Of a DNA stretch of 64,000 bases, positions 11,558 through 24,333 are shown piece after piece; the stretch's first letter is position 1; every line of letters starts with the position of its first letter. The notes under the pieces were generated by a model. The model had not been told where the DNA came from. It saw only the letters and a program-made list of their open reading frames with translations, and did not search any database. The stretch comes from Camelus ferus. Lineage: Eukaryota. The position numbers and the translations under genes were made by a program. Location of the stretch: the NCBI RefSeq assembly GCF_009834535.1, contig NC_045697.1, positions 109,246,001-109,310,000 on the forward strand. Reading direction: 5' to 3'.

Positions 11558-12256
11558 GGGACAGGACAACTCCTAGAAGTCAGCTCCAAGATTGTACGGG
11601 GAACCAGCCCCAAGGATCTTGGGCTCTTTGCTCTTGTGGCCCCAGTCTGGCTTCATGAGGTTTCAATACAAGCAAACTCCAACTCAGAAAGAAACTGAGC
11701 CATTCTATACCAACAGCCACTACCACCAGTCAAGGCACTTACCACTTCTAGTTGCAATTGCCTGCTTACTAATCCCTCTCCCACGCTCGACTGTGATCTT
11801 CCTGAGGGCTGAGAAACCATTAGATTCTTCTCTGTGTCCTCAGTGCCTGCTCCGTGCCTGGCTCACGCTAGACATTCAGTACGTGTCCATTGGAATGAGT
11901 GACTGAGTGAGTAGGTGAACATTCTCCGACTCCAAGCCCGGCAACAAGACTAAGGGTCCCTCCCACTTCTCTGCCATCTTTGTAAGAAAAGAGACTCGCT
12001 CCAGTTGTATGCCCCAGTTTGAGTTGAGTTGGGGACCAGAAGGAGAGAGATCAGGAGAGAGACGTGCTGGGGAGTGACCAGCTTTCGATGAATTTGGCAA
12101 TGGGATGGGCTCAGAAACACAAGTGAGAAGAAGAAGTGACTCCTGTCATAGCAAGTCAGTCACCTTTGCGCTGGCCTGTCTTAGGAAGAGGACATTGTAA
12201 AGTCGAGTGGGATTTGCCTGACTGTGTTTCTAATTAAATTGTAAATTTCTAAAACA

Positions 12257-12760
12257 GCGCGTGTCCACACAAACAGCATGTACATGAATGTTTATAGCGG
12301 CATTATTCAGAATAGCCCAAAAGTGGAAACAACCCAAATGTCCATCAATTGACAGACGGATAAACACAATGTGTTATATCTATACAATGGAATATTTTTC
12401 AACCATATAACAGAATGAAGTACTGACACATGCTACAACAGGGATGAACCTTGACAATGTTACACTAAGTGAAATAAGCTAGACACCTAAGACGACGTAT
12501 TATATGATTCCATTCACGTAACAGCCCAGAATAGGAAGTCTACAAAGAAAGTAGATTAGTGCTTACTTAGGACTGTGGGGGATAGGAAAGTAGGGGGGAT
12601 ACCTAAAGAATACAGCTTTTTGAGGTGATGACAATGTTCTGAAATGGACTGTGGTGATGGTTGCCCACATCTGTGAATATACTAAAAGCTATTAAACTGT
12701 ACACTTTAAATGGGTGAATTATATGGTATGTGAATTCTCTCTCAATAAAGCTGTTAAAAA
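12257..12760 (+). mobile_element. Old L1 (L1MB/MC-like) 3' end
   Basis: GGAAACAACCCAAATGTCCATCAA, TACAATGGAATATT, ending TCTCAATAAAGCTGTTAAAAAA. Confidence 0.85.
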
Positions 12761-13039
12761 ACAAAGCAAAACTTCTAAAGCAGAGTGTTAACCTGGGCTT
12801 TGGAGACCTGTGTACCACCTGGAATAGCATGTCAGAACTGGCATGTCTGCATTTCCTGGGTCTGTCAATTTCACTCGATTCTCTCGGACCTCCCTCCCCT
12901 CGGCAGAGCTGAGTGCTCCTTCACAGGGCTCACTGCAATGACTGTGCAGTAAGAATGTGATTAATATTAATGTAATCAAATATGCAAATTCAGTTTTATT
13001 ATTTAAATAAAAATGATTAGTGTCCACTTTTTTAAAGGA

Positions 13040-13200
13040 GTCTTTTTTTTTTTTTTTTACTTTTTAAAAAAATTTTTGGTAGTGGGGAGGTAATTAGGTG
13101 TATTTATTCATTTATTTAATGGAGGTACTGTGGATTGAACCCCAGGACCTTGTGCATGCTAGGCACACACTCTACCACTGAGCTATACCCTCCCCCCCCA
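13040..13200 (-). mobile_element. tRNA-derived SINE (Vic-1 type)
   Basis: GGGAGGTAATTAGG tail plus reverse A/B boxes; TSD TGTC(C/T)ACTTTT. Confidence 0.9.
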
Positions 13201-13761
13201 TGTCTACTTTTAAACTAGTAACTAGCCAAGGAATAGAATGCAATACGGTTCCCTGCCTCCACTGTAGAAAAGGGGATTATTGTGAATTCTATTCTGATAT
13301 GTAAGATTTTTTTGTTCTAAGGTATTTTTTGTAATGTGAAGATCTAATTGTTTTTATATGGCTGCTTGCTGATCATTTTTATCTTACTAAAACCTTTTTA
13401 AAATCAGTTGAATGACTTAATAAGAAATCAAATTATGTAAATACATAAAGTTCGACAAGTTTCTCAACCTTTAACTGAAAACTTTTGCATCATCAGAAAA
13501 GCGAAAGGTTCTGTTCATTCCCTGAATCAAATAAACGTTGACTTATAAGCGTTTTCTCTGAATGACTAGAACGACAAAAAGCAGGGAAATGTCATTTGCA
13601 TTATTTGACTTTGAGGACCTATATTTTATAGGCCCTTTCTGGGTAAATACCAAGAAGGGAAAAAAGGCAGCAGAGGCTTGTTGAACCGGGCTGTTTTGCA
13701 TTTTTTTAAATTTGCATTTGTGTTTCAAGCTTGGACAGTCTAAGGAAATAGATCATCGCTC

Positions 13762-13880
13762 TTTTGGGGGAGGGTAATTAGGCTTATTTATGTATTTATT
13801 TTTAATAGAGGTAGTGGGGATTGAACCCAGGAACTCAGAACTCGTTCATGCTAAGCATGCACTCTACCACTCTTCCCTCT
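13762..13880 (-). mobile_element. tRNA-derived SINE (Vic-1 type), degenerate
   Basis: GGTAATTAGG...GGGGATTGAACCCAGG...ATGCTAAGCATGCACTCTACCAC. Confidence 0.85.
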
Positions 13881-13899
13881 CATCATCACTTTTTTTTTT

Positions 13900-14716
13900 C
13901 CTAACCAAAGGAAGTGCGTGTGCGCTCTCACACTCCCCCAGAACGCTCCTCTAAATTTGAACTTTTCAGACTGAGGTCCCGTATGCCTAATTTTCTTTCC
14001 GGAGTCTTTTCTCACTGCATCATCTTTTAGATGATCAGCACGCCCTCTTTCCGATTTGCAGCTCCTCGCGGGTCCAGGCTGCGTTGCGCGGGGAGGTGGG
14101 CTCCGGTTGCCTCTCCCTCCAGTTAACCGTGCAGTCCCCTCCTGGTGGTGGACCTCGCGGCCCAGCACGAGAGCGTGGAAACAGCTGACTGCTGACTCAG
14201 AGGGGAGAGCAAGCCACCCACGAATCTCATTGCAGCTCGCTGCTGCATCCCTATCCCATAATCCCTTGCTTGGTTTGCTGCAGTCTTTTCAACAGACGCT
14301 GAGTGAGAAAAAGATGTCCTGTGAGATAAAGATTGATTGCTTTGAATACCGAATGGGGTCTCCCACTTGTTAATGACCCAGAAACATTCCTGCCGACTTT
14401 CCTGAGCCTTCTCTTATTTCCTCCGTTTTTCTCTTCTTCTGTTCTGTTCATGAGCTGGCACATCACTCCATAGAGCAGAAGATATGCTGGGCTTCTGATG
14501 ATGGCTGCTCTGCATGGTAGGGAATTTTAACCAGTCTCTTTGCATGGTGCTTCCAAACTTGAGATGTTAACAGAAATGCGCATTGTTCTTTGGGGTTGCC
14601 GCGGGGCTGCAGCGCCAGGCTGGGGAGGATTTAATTCTTCGCCTCGTTAATTAGTCTGTCTGCAGAAATGGGTAGGTCTTAAATGTTCGAATTGCTTCGT
14701 CTTATGCCAGGTGAAT
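13900..14716 (+). promoter_or_regulatory. Second CpG-enriched region with candidate alternative first exon(s)
   Basis: CpG clusters at 14040-14240 and 14595-14650; ETS GGAAGTG ~13910; candidate donors ATG|GTAGGG (14517), TGG|GTAGGT (14672), CAG|GTGAAT (14711). Confidence 0.5.
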
Positions 14717-16989
14717 AACTAATTTCTCCTGCTGTCTCTTTTCTGCCCCCGAACCCCCAACTCGTCTCTCTCTTGGTGATGCTGTATGTTCTAACTATAA
14801 GATATAGGGAGACCCATTCTTTGCTTAAACAAAGGCATCAAATTAACTACACTGGGAAGAAAGTCATGCAAGATTTTTCTCATCCAGTTTCTAATGTGAT
14901 CTGATGAGATTTTGATTTTTACTAGTCTTTATTTTAATATGTATCTCGGTCTATTTTAAATATAAGATTTTTCCCCCCTGCGTCTCCCTTTTGGGTACGA
15001 AGATGGGGATGAAATTTTGCAGGACTCCTCCCTTGGTACCCCAGGGTGGAGAATGTGCGATTCGACCCTTCCCCCACCGTGCCCTCTGTTCGAGAACCCT
15101 GGGGTGGAGTGCCACGGTTCCCAGTTACCATTGGAAACCCATTCATTCATAATGCATGACTCGACCCTCAGAATTCTGAATGCCATTGATGATCAGAAAA
15201 TATGCAGGAGATCATTTGGGGTTTTTTATTTCCGGCATTTTCTCCCTCTGCCTTTGAAGTAGGCTCAAATCTGGGTGGAGTTCAGTGGCAGCATTACACA
15301 GAAGGGGGAGAAAAAATACCCAACTTGGGTTGGACCTTAGGTTTGCTTCCTGAAACCGTGGGTATCATTTTTGTGTCGGAGAGCTTTTTCTACAATGATG
15401 CCCCACCCTGTCATTATTCCTTATGAAGGGTGGGGGCGGATAGGAGACAAGTAGGAAGGCTATTTAAGCTAAAAATTGAATGTTAATTAGTGGCTTTCTG
15501 AACCAAAAGGTAAAATGATATTTCTGTCTTAAGGAAAGATGCTTTCAGTGTCAGAGCTTTAAGGAACACTTCTAGATTCAGAATGAGGCATTTAAAAAAT
15601 TATTAGTTCGGTTATTTGGCTTAGACCATTTTACAATAGTTTTATTCCTCTTGAGTCAATTATTAGAGGTTTTTTTGTTCTCGATCTTGTTTTACTTTGA
15701 ATATGGAAGGAGAGCCGTTTGTTTGCCCAGATTCTTAAATCGATTTCTCAAGTATCAGGATTCATTTCTGCCTACTGTGAACCTCTTTTCTAGTGCCTTT
15801 CACTATTTTCAGGGAGATGCTTTACCAGCTCTGTTCCCTGACCCACTGTGGCGTTAAATAATGCACGCCCCTCCCGAGCAAGCACACAATGAGAAGTTTC
15901 CTGTGTGCTGTGGAACAAGAAAGCAGCTTTCTGCTGCAGGGATGTGAATGGTGGCCTTTCCCCAACCTCTACGTATTTCTTTGCAGTTTTCTCCTAGAAA
16001 GACACAAGGGATTGGAATTGGAAAGGTTAAAACACGGCTGATTGTGAAAATGTTCTCTAATAGAATGTGCTGTTTCAAGAAATAGGGATGCAGCATAAAA
16101 CGGACAACGAAGTCTATATACGTTTTTACCACGGTTAATATTATAACCCTGTGATGACTTAATTTTTTTTTATTTACATGGTAACAAGAGCTTAGTGGAT
16201 TTTGTTGCTTGTGAAATACAGTAAAAAATATTCACTCTTTGTCTTACTGAAAAATAAAAATGTCCTTCACTTGGATATCTTTAGACATTAATTTCTCCAA
16301 ACTTATGACTTTTTTTAATCTGTCCTGATTAAGTAGGAAAAAAATCCTAAATATGTAACAATTCTAAAAAATTTAACTAAGCTTAGTTTTTAAGACTCCT
16401 TTGTGCCTTTTTTCATTATTTCTCTGATAAAATGAAGACTTTAACCAAACGATTGTATGTATTGTTGAGATGTATAGGAGAGAAATACTTTTAAACTTAC
16501 CAAAAAAATTGCTACCAAATTATTTACTACCAATTTTTTTCTTTTAAAAAAATGTGACTGAATTACCTCCAACTGTGGCAAAATTCTAATTTGCACACAC
16601 CTGTAATTGCTTTTTTTTTTGTTTTTTAATCTGATGCCATCTGGGCCCCTTTATTAATTATATAAGGATTTTAGTGTGAATATGCATTATAACGGGCTTG
16701 GCTATTAAAGTTCTTTGAATATAATGATTGTGCACGTTGTTTGAATTTAACAGATCAGGTGTCCTTCTAGAATTTGGAGATTTAGATTAGACCAAATACT
16801 GAGGAAAAAGAAGCCCAGGATGTTCAAACAGCATCACGGAAGGAGACATTCAGGATGCTTTTTGCATGCTTGTCTGTCTGCCCTCTTCCACTTTTCCCTG
16901 TTCTATGTTCATATTCTCAGATAGCTTCTGTTCTTCCAGTAAATGCTTCTTCTTTTTTCATTTGTGTAGTTTTGTGTTTTTTTTTGCTG

Positions 16990-17575
16990 CTGCTTTTTTT
17001 TTTTTTTTTTTTTGCAGGAGGAGGGAGGTAATCAGGTTTATTTATTTATTTATTTATGTTTGACTTAGTTTGTTTATTCAAATTCAAATAATATAATCCA
17101 ACCTCACAGTGTACATAGACTAGTTAAGTAGAAAGTGGTGTTTTTTTAAAACGTTTTTTTATTGAGTTATAGTCATTTAACAATGTTGTGTCAAATTCCA
17201 GCATAGAGCACGATTTTTCAGTTATACATGAACATACATATATTCATTGTCGCATTTTTTTCCACTGTGAGCTACCACAAGATCATCTATATGTTTCCCT
17301 GTGCTATACAGCATAACCTTGTTTATCTATTCTACATATGCCTGTCAGTGTCTACAAATTTTGAACTCCCAGTCTGTCCCTTCCCAGCCCCCTCCCCCTT
17401 GGCAACCACAAGTTGGTATTCTATGTCTATGAGTCAGTTTCTGTTTTGTATTTATGTTCATTTTTATTTATTTATTTATTTTTAAATGGAGGTACTGGGG
17501 ATTGAACCTAGGAACTCATGCATGCTAAGCAAAAACATGCTCTACCACTGAGTTATAACCCCCTGCCCCGCCCCT
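16990..17575 (-). mobile_element. SINE interrupted by an L1 3' end (17141-17460) carrying a ~80-nt 3' transduction (17062-17140)
   Basis: SINE body 17461-17575, SINE tail 17015-17060; the L1 3'UTR matches the one at 770-1070. Confidence 0.85.
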
Positions 17576-18251
17576 GCTTCTTATTATTCTCAAAAACTTG
17601 TTAATTTAAGTAAATATTTATTCGAATCAACAACAGATTTAAATAATATGCTGCTTATCCACCCGGGGTACGAAGGGGTTTACTCTGATGTAGGCCTGTG
17701 TCTTTTGCAGTTCTGAGGTAGAATGAATTTTTCCCTCTTCTCACTAACCTTACCCAACTCCCAGAGCTTAGGGCCCCGGCTGCCCTCTGCTTTTTCCTGG
17801 AATACGCAGCCTCTCTGTGTAGTCCCCAAGGAAAGAAAGAGAAGAGACTTGGCAAGGTGATGGAGGAGGAGAGAGGAGACCCTGCTCATCCTGACTGTCC
17901 TGGGGGATTGTGGGCTGAGTGCCAGTTAGCCTGACCTACTTAACACTCCATCACACACACCCTTCTGGCACTTAGAAAACCCAAAGCAAAATTTAAGAAC
18001 TGACTACCAAAGGTGAGGATTTTTATAAAGAAGGGAATGGCAAACAGTTATTCTACCAAGGAGAGAGGAAGGAGAAGCAGGCATAAATACCATTGACAAG
18101 CTGGAGGCTTGGCTTAAAAATCAGTTTCCAAATGGTAAAACCCAGCAATTTAGGGAAGTTGTCATACATCTGACCCTGGAAAGAAGGAGAAACCATGGAA
18201 AGCTTGGGCACATCCTTCCCTGGAGACAGAAGTTAAAGTAGATGGTCTCCT

Positions 18252-18410
18252 GGGGGCTGAGTTACAGCTCAGTGGTAGAACACATGCTCGGCACACACAA
18301 GGTCCTGGGTTCAATCCCCAGTACCTGCATTAAAATAAACAAATAAATAAAATAAACCTAATTACCCCCCTACAAAAACAACCCCCCCCCCAAAAAAAAT
18401 TTTAAAAAAC
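18252..18410 (+). mobile_element. tRNA-derived SINE (Vic-1 type)
   Basis: CAGCTCAGTGGTAGA...GGTTCAATCCCCAGTACC...AAACCTAATTACCCCC; flanking CTCCTG. Confidence 0.9.
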
Positions 18411-18499
18411 CTCCTGAGTCCCTCCCATCCCTTCTCCCTCTTCCCATTCACACCTTTTGTACAAAGACATTGCATCTGGCTTTTCTTTCTTTTGTTAAA

Positions 18500-18635
18500 A
18501 AGTATTTTATTTATTATTGTATTTATTGGGGAGGTAACTAGGTTTATTTATCTTTAGAGGAGGTTCTGGGGATTGAACCCAGGGCTTCTTACATGCTAAG
18601 CATGCGCTCTACCTCTTGAGCTATACCCTCCCCCT
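18500..18635 (-). mobile_element. tRNA-derived SINE (Vic-1 type)
   Basis: Reverse copy; TSD CAT(C/G)TGGCTTTTCT. Confidence 0.9.
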
Positions 18636-21413
18636 ACATGTGGCTTTTCTAATTTACAAAATGACCCATCTGGGATAGAGGCTTGATTTAACTAGAAATA
18701 GGTCACCCTGTTTTTATTTCACTGCAGATTGCCCTCTTTTCTTTCCTTTAGTTGAGTCCTCAAGAACAATGCAAACTCCATGGCAGGTGAATAATATGCT
18801 CATAAATTTGAATAATTAAAAAGACCTTGTTTTGAAAATTCTATTTTAATCTGTGCCTTGAGCTCTAGGGACCACCTGCTTGGGCAGGTAAAAGCTAGCA
18901 CATTGTGAGTTACAGATAATCCTATGGGTTCAAGATCTCCTTTCTATAAATGTACCAGAAGATTTTTCGCTTCTTGGGAAGCTAATTTTAGCATATCCGC
19001 ACCATTGTTATTGGCCCCAGAGCAATAAAAAAAAGTAACAATATTAATAAATAAATTCAGCTAAGTGGCAACCAAGAGAAGCCCTAACCAGGAAGGCCAT
19101 AAAATTAAGTCATAGAAATGGAATCTAGTGCCTTTAGGATGATGTATAAACAAAGATGCTTACCCACAAATCACATGTGAAAACTTTATTTTCCGAAGGA
19201 TTCTTGACCTGTTTCCCAACCATGTTTCCTTAGACGAGCCAGACAAGCTTTCACCAGCTCTCTCCCCTCCTCCAGAATCCTGCTTTCAGTCTGTCTTTTC
19301 TCTGCCAGCCTCCCTCCCTGCTCCTCTCCACTCTGGTATTAGCAGTTAAGGGTTTGGATAGTTTTCTGATCTAAATGATATCATGTGGGGCGGGAAGTGT
19401 GGTTTCAGCTTTAGAACTGTGGACGCAGGCATTTTCATTTCTTCTCTTCCTATTGAGTTCTTCTTTTCCATTTGGTTGTAATTACCACCAAGTTGTAGGA
19501 GATTCGAGAAAGTGGTGCCAGGCAAAATACCAGGGATGACATGGGGAAAGATATGCTGGGACAGGATTTTTCTGTGCCCGAGGATTGTGTGACGTGATTG
19601 CTACATTGTTCTTACCCACGCGAGCTGGGTTCAGTTGGCAAGTCCCCACTAATAAGGAATTTATGTGTTATTTCCGTGCGTCTTCAGTAGTTCTCAATTT
19701 CTTTTCCTGCATTTGTGAATATGTTGAAATATGTCACTAAATATTTACTGTCTGGCTCAGGGCTGATGTTGCTAAGCTTTAGACTCACACAGGAAGGCAG
19801 GTCATGTCTGATGTCGAGTGAAAATGGTCACATGACCGGTAATGCCCATGCTCTTTATCCTGTAATTTGCAAGTGCCGCTCTTCTCTGCTACTGGAACTG
19901 AGTCTATTCCCATGATATAGTTCATTTGTTCAGTCCATTCAAAAAAAAGAGTGTCTACTATGTAGCGGGCACAGGTCTAGGGGCGGGACTGCTGCAGAGC
20001 AATCAGACAAAAGTCCCTGCCCTCGTGAATCTGACATCCTAGTGAGGTGGGGGAGCAGACAGTATGCAAAACAAACATGTTGCACCCGATATTGGAAAGA
20101 GACCAGTGCTGTGGGGAAAAATAGAGCAGGATCGGAGTAGCCAGTGCTAGGAGGTTGGGGGCAAGTTTCAGTTTTAAACAGAACAGTCCGATTGAGCAGG
20201 TGCAGTTAAGCACAGAGCTGGAGAGGGGAGTGAACCCCTCTGTAAGCAAGATCGTTGGTTTTCCACCGACGGGGAACCTGAGCTTCCCCACACAAGAGCT
20301 GTTACATTTCAGTGTAATAATGTCAATATTACACTAATGTTGGCTATTTATATAGTTTTAAAATGGCTCTTGCTGACTTCGCTTCTGCTTCCTTTCCTTT
20401 CTGTTGGACTTTTGTCAATGTGTCTGGTGCTAGTTCCTTCATCCCAAACCGTTTGGGCTCCTTCAGAGACAGACTCCAGCCCAGGCATGTTTTCACGTGT
20501 CTTTCCAGAAATTAGTTCTGTGGATCCCGAGTCGAGAGTAGTTCTGTATTCTGATCTCTATTAGCGTGGACTTACTTCTGCTGGTTATATGAGCGAGAAG
20601 GCTCTTTGACACTTCAGAAACCAAGATGGGAAAAGGAGAACATTTGAGAATCTAGATAAGTATTGACTACTTTTCTAATCAAGCAGACCAGAAACTTCTG
20701 GTTGTGCCCAAGCGCTCTGATGAAAGGCTGTTGTATATTTTGTGTATACTCCTGGCAGCTTATTCAGATGGATGGAAAGCTTCCCTGGTGCTTATTAGCA
20801 CATTCTGTGACTCCAGTCTTCTAAGCACATTATCCCTTCAGGAGTCATCAAATTTCTTTCTATTGTGTGTATCCAGTTATATGCAGGGAAAGATCATTAT
20901 CTTGGCAGAGTCTTGGGTTGGGGATCTTTGGGGGTTGGAATCCTTTTGTGTTGATTCTGGGGGTCCTGAAAATCCAGATGTCTTCAACAGATCTCTTATG
21001 ACCGATTGTAATATTGTCAAGATTTTAAATTAGTGTTAATGAGTTAACTTAATTTACCATATAAATTATCAGTACTAACAAAGACTTACTTTCACCCACT
21101 ACAATAATTATCTTAAAATTAGAATGAAACTTAGAGTGAAATATTTTTATTTCTGTTTTGGAGAATAGAAATGTCAGCTTAGGAAATTTTGTTTAGTCAA
21201 TGTCTATAATTTGATTAAAACAAATGTTTTTTTCCTTGCCAAAAATCCAAAATTTTAAGGTTAAAAAAAAAGACTAAAATCCAATATGATATTTTCTCTC
21301 TGTTTGTTCAGTGCTCAGCATGACTGATTCTTTCAAAGGGTAATATGAACATTTCAAAACTTATTCAAAATAAAATTTCATTTTAACTGAAAAGTTCAAT
21401 ATGATTTTTTTTT

Positions 21414-21740
21414 AAATATGACACGCTTCACAAATTTGTGAAGCCAATCTTTTTTTTTTTAATTAATTGAAGTACAGTCAGTTACAGTGTGTCAATTTCT
21501 GGCATACAGTATTATGTCTCAGTCATGCATATATGTACATATATTCATTTTCATATTCTTTTTCATTAAAGGTTATTACGAGATATTGAATATGGTTCCC
21601 TGTGCTATACAGAAGAAATTCGGTTTTTATCTATGTTTATATATAGCAGTTAACATTTGCAAAACTCAAACTCTCAATTTATCTCTTCCCCCAAGTCACT
21701 CTTCTGTATCATTCCAATGTTAGTGCTGCTGAAGTGAGCC
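21414..21740 (-). pseudogene. U6 snRNA retropseudogene split by an L1 3' fragment (21451-21692)
   Basis: AAATATGACACGCTTCACAAATTTGTG and CTTCTGTATCATTCCAATGTTAGTGCTGCTGAAGTGAGC match the reverse complement of the U6 3' and 5' parts; T tract (polyA) at 21405-21413. Confidence 0.85.
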
Positions 21741-23133
21741 CTCTATAATTTATAAGAATTTTCAAGTCACACACACACACACCAGTTGTATTAAATTTGC
21801 TGAAGATTAGGTCTCATCAACTTATCAGATAAAGCAGAAAACTTGAAATCTGAGCTTTCTGAGTCACCGATTTTACCAGATGACCTTGAGCTAGTCATTT
21901 AAACCCTCAGCTTTGGTTTCCTTATCTTCAAGCCAGACAAATCCATTCCTTCTCTACTCTGATGTCATAGGGATGTGATTAAAGAAAGCAGAAGACTGTG
22001 CCAACATTTGATTTCCTGGGAGAAGAGTTCCATTTAATCCCATCAATGGATATCATTCTCTACAATAGTTCTGTAGAGAGACAGTCTACGAAAGCCTAGC
22101 AGATAATGCCAGCTAATTAGATATGTCCCATCTACACTGCTTAACTAACGCAGCGAGTCCTGTTTGAACGTCTGGTACAGCAGGTGCTTTCTCTAGCTCA
22201 ATCTGTTGATCAGTCATGCTCTTCAGAGACCTGACCTAGAAGGTACAGAACTGGAAAATAGGCGCATCATGTTTGTAACTCTCCTCAAATATGTCTAAAT
22301 AGCATAATTGTCTTGATAAAAGTTGACATACTTTTTGAAAGTTGGTGATTTGATAGGGAGAAAGAAGAACCATCATTTATATTTGGAAAAGAGGGTTTCC
22401 TTTAGAAAGCATAGAATTGTCAATTCTGTAAACACAGGTCCCAGGCCAAGTTAAAATGTATAAAAACCCGGCTTCCATACATAGTACAGCCTTCTTAAAA
22501 CACAAGGTCAAGGGAGGTGCGGCAGCTGAAAAGGTCATAGTTTTACATTCTGGCAAATTTCGTAACTGAGCCTCGGTTTTTAAAAATCTGTAGAATGGGA
22601 ATAATACTCCTTCCTGACTAGGATCATATTGAACATTAACTACATTTCTTTTTTTGTCTTTTTTTTTGGAAACAGTGTTTCTGTTGGGAATTGGGGGGAG
22701 GCTGTGGACACCTTAGAAATATTAAGAAAATTCAGAAGTGAATTTTAGCTCAGCCTTGGTGGGCTTTGGGATAGAAGCCAGAAATTCTTTAAGGTGGTAA
22801 ACGGGGCTGTGTTATATGTGGTGACGCTTCCCTCCCTTATTCTTTCATAGGCCCTTCGTTTTCTCTTTGTTATCCTCTTCCAAGTCTCCTTTTCTGGCCT
22901 GATCTCTCACATTTTGAAACCTCCTCTGAATTAATTCACTTCACCAGACCCTCAGATACCAGTAGAGATTTCTTAAAATAATAAAGACCACCTCTAGACT
23001 TTGTCCCTGATCCATGGCAAATATATTTTAGTATGAAGTCTATAGATCTTTAGCTCTGAAGAAAATATTCTGAACCACATACAAAGGTTTTCATTTAAAA
23101 TTTTAACTATTCCATTCCTGCATATGAACAGTA

Positions 23134-23676
23134 TGTAGGGGAGGGAAAACTTCTCTGATCTTAAGTTCTGTCACCGAAGGCTGTGAATTAAAGTGACAAA
23201 AGACATATATCAGAAGAAAAGGTGTACACATTTTATTGATATTTCATTTTTCCAAAAGAAAAAAATACATATTATATTTTATTGAATGTTATTGAGTTAA
23301 TATTTTAAAATATTTATTTTCATTTTTTTTTCTTGTGTGTTTTTGTTTGTTTGTTTGTTTTACTTTGTTTTTGTTTTTGGCAGGGGGAGGTAATTAGGTT
23401 TACTTATTTATTTTAAGGGAGGTACTGAGGATTGAACCCAGGACCTCATGTAGGACCTAAGCATGCGCTCTACCACTTGAGCTATATATCTCCCCTGCCT
23501 CATTATTTATTTTTTAATGGAGGTACTGGGGGAAAACTTCCTTTACAAATAGGAAATGTGTGCCCTACTTTTAGGCAGATGGGAGAGGGCAGAGAGCTTT
23601 TCCTCATCTGTGGTTTCTCAACTGCCTTCAGCTCAAAATAATCCTTATGTCAAATGGCTTATTTTGAGCCCCTTCA
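23134..23676 (-). mobile_element. ERV1-type solo LTR (MER34-like) with nested SINE(s) at ~23330-23532
   Basis: TG...CA ends with 4-bp TSD AGTA (23130-23133, 23677-23680); GCCTTCAGCTCAAAATAATC motif. Confidence 0.75.
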
Positions 23677-24148
23677 AGTATAATACTTGGGAAAACATTT
23701 TCTCCTAATAAGACCATTCTATGTGAGGTAGACTATAATGGTCTATATATTATATTATATATAATCTAGGCTGTAGTATTTTAATAAGACTATAAACATA
23801 GATTCAAACACAGTCCCGGCTGAAGCCATGAACAGGTACAGCTGTGTAAGTATTCCTCCATTCAGCTGCCCCTGCTTTGAAAGCCAGCAAGCTCCCTCTT
23901 TGTACAACATACTTTCTTCTAATTTGTCCTATTTGCGTGGTGAACTTGTGATTATTTTATTGATTTACAAGACAGGCCTCTCACTGTACACCTGTCTGTA
24001 GTGAGGAGGGTTGATTATGGTCATTCTGAGGTCACTGACATGGAATTCTGCCTGTATTCATAATACAGTGTATAATGAATGAGCCTATGATTGATTTGCA
24101 TTTATAGATTATCATATGTTTTTCCATCTTGGTTTTTCTGTCTGACAG

Positions 24149-24333
24149 CAGCAGCGTGCAGGGTCAAAGACAGCCGGCCCCCCATGTCAGTGGTCTAGGA
24201 TGGCCAGTGAAGCCACCAACATCCCAAGTCCTGTGGTACGGCAGATTGACAAGCAGTTTCTGATTTGCAGTATATGCCTGGAGAGGTACAAGAATCCCAA
24301 GGTTCTCCCCTGTCTGCACACTTTCTGCGAGAG
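24149..24333 (+). CDS. TRIM2: TRIM2 coding exon 2 ([30 protein letters not shown]...; N-terminal part of RING); ATG of the short isoform at 24200
   Basis: Translates ...[27 protein letters not shown]; acceptor ACAG, donor GTAAGC at 24334; 185 nt. Confidence 0.96.

Noticed and set aside
21414..21740. Functional U6 snRNA gene
   Set aside because: Diverged, internally deleted, polyadenylated and interrupted by L1.
23725..23800. AT-rich quasi-palindromic stretch as a structured RNA
   Set aside because: Self-complementarity comes from low-complexity TA runs.
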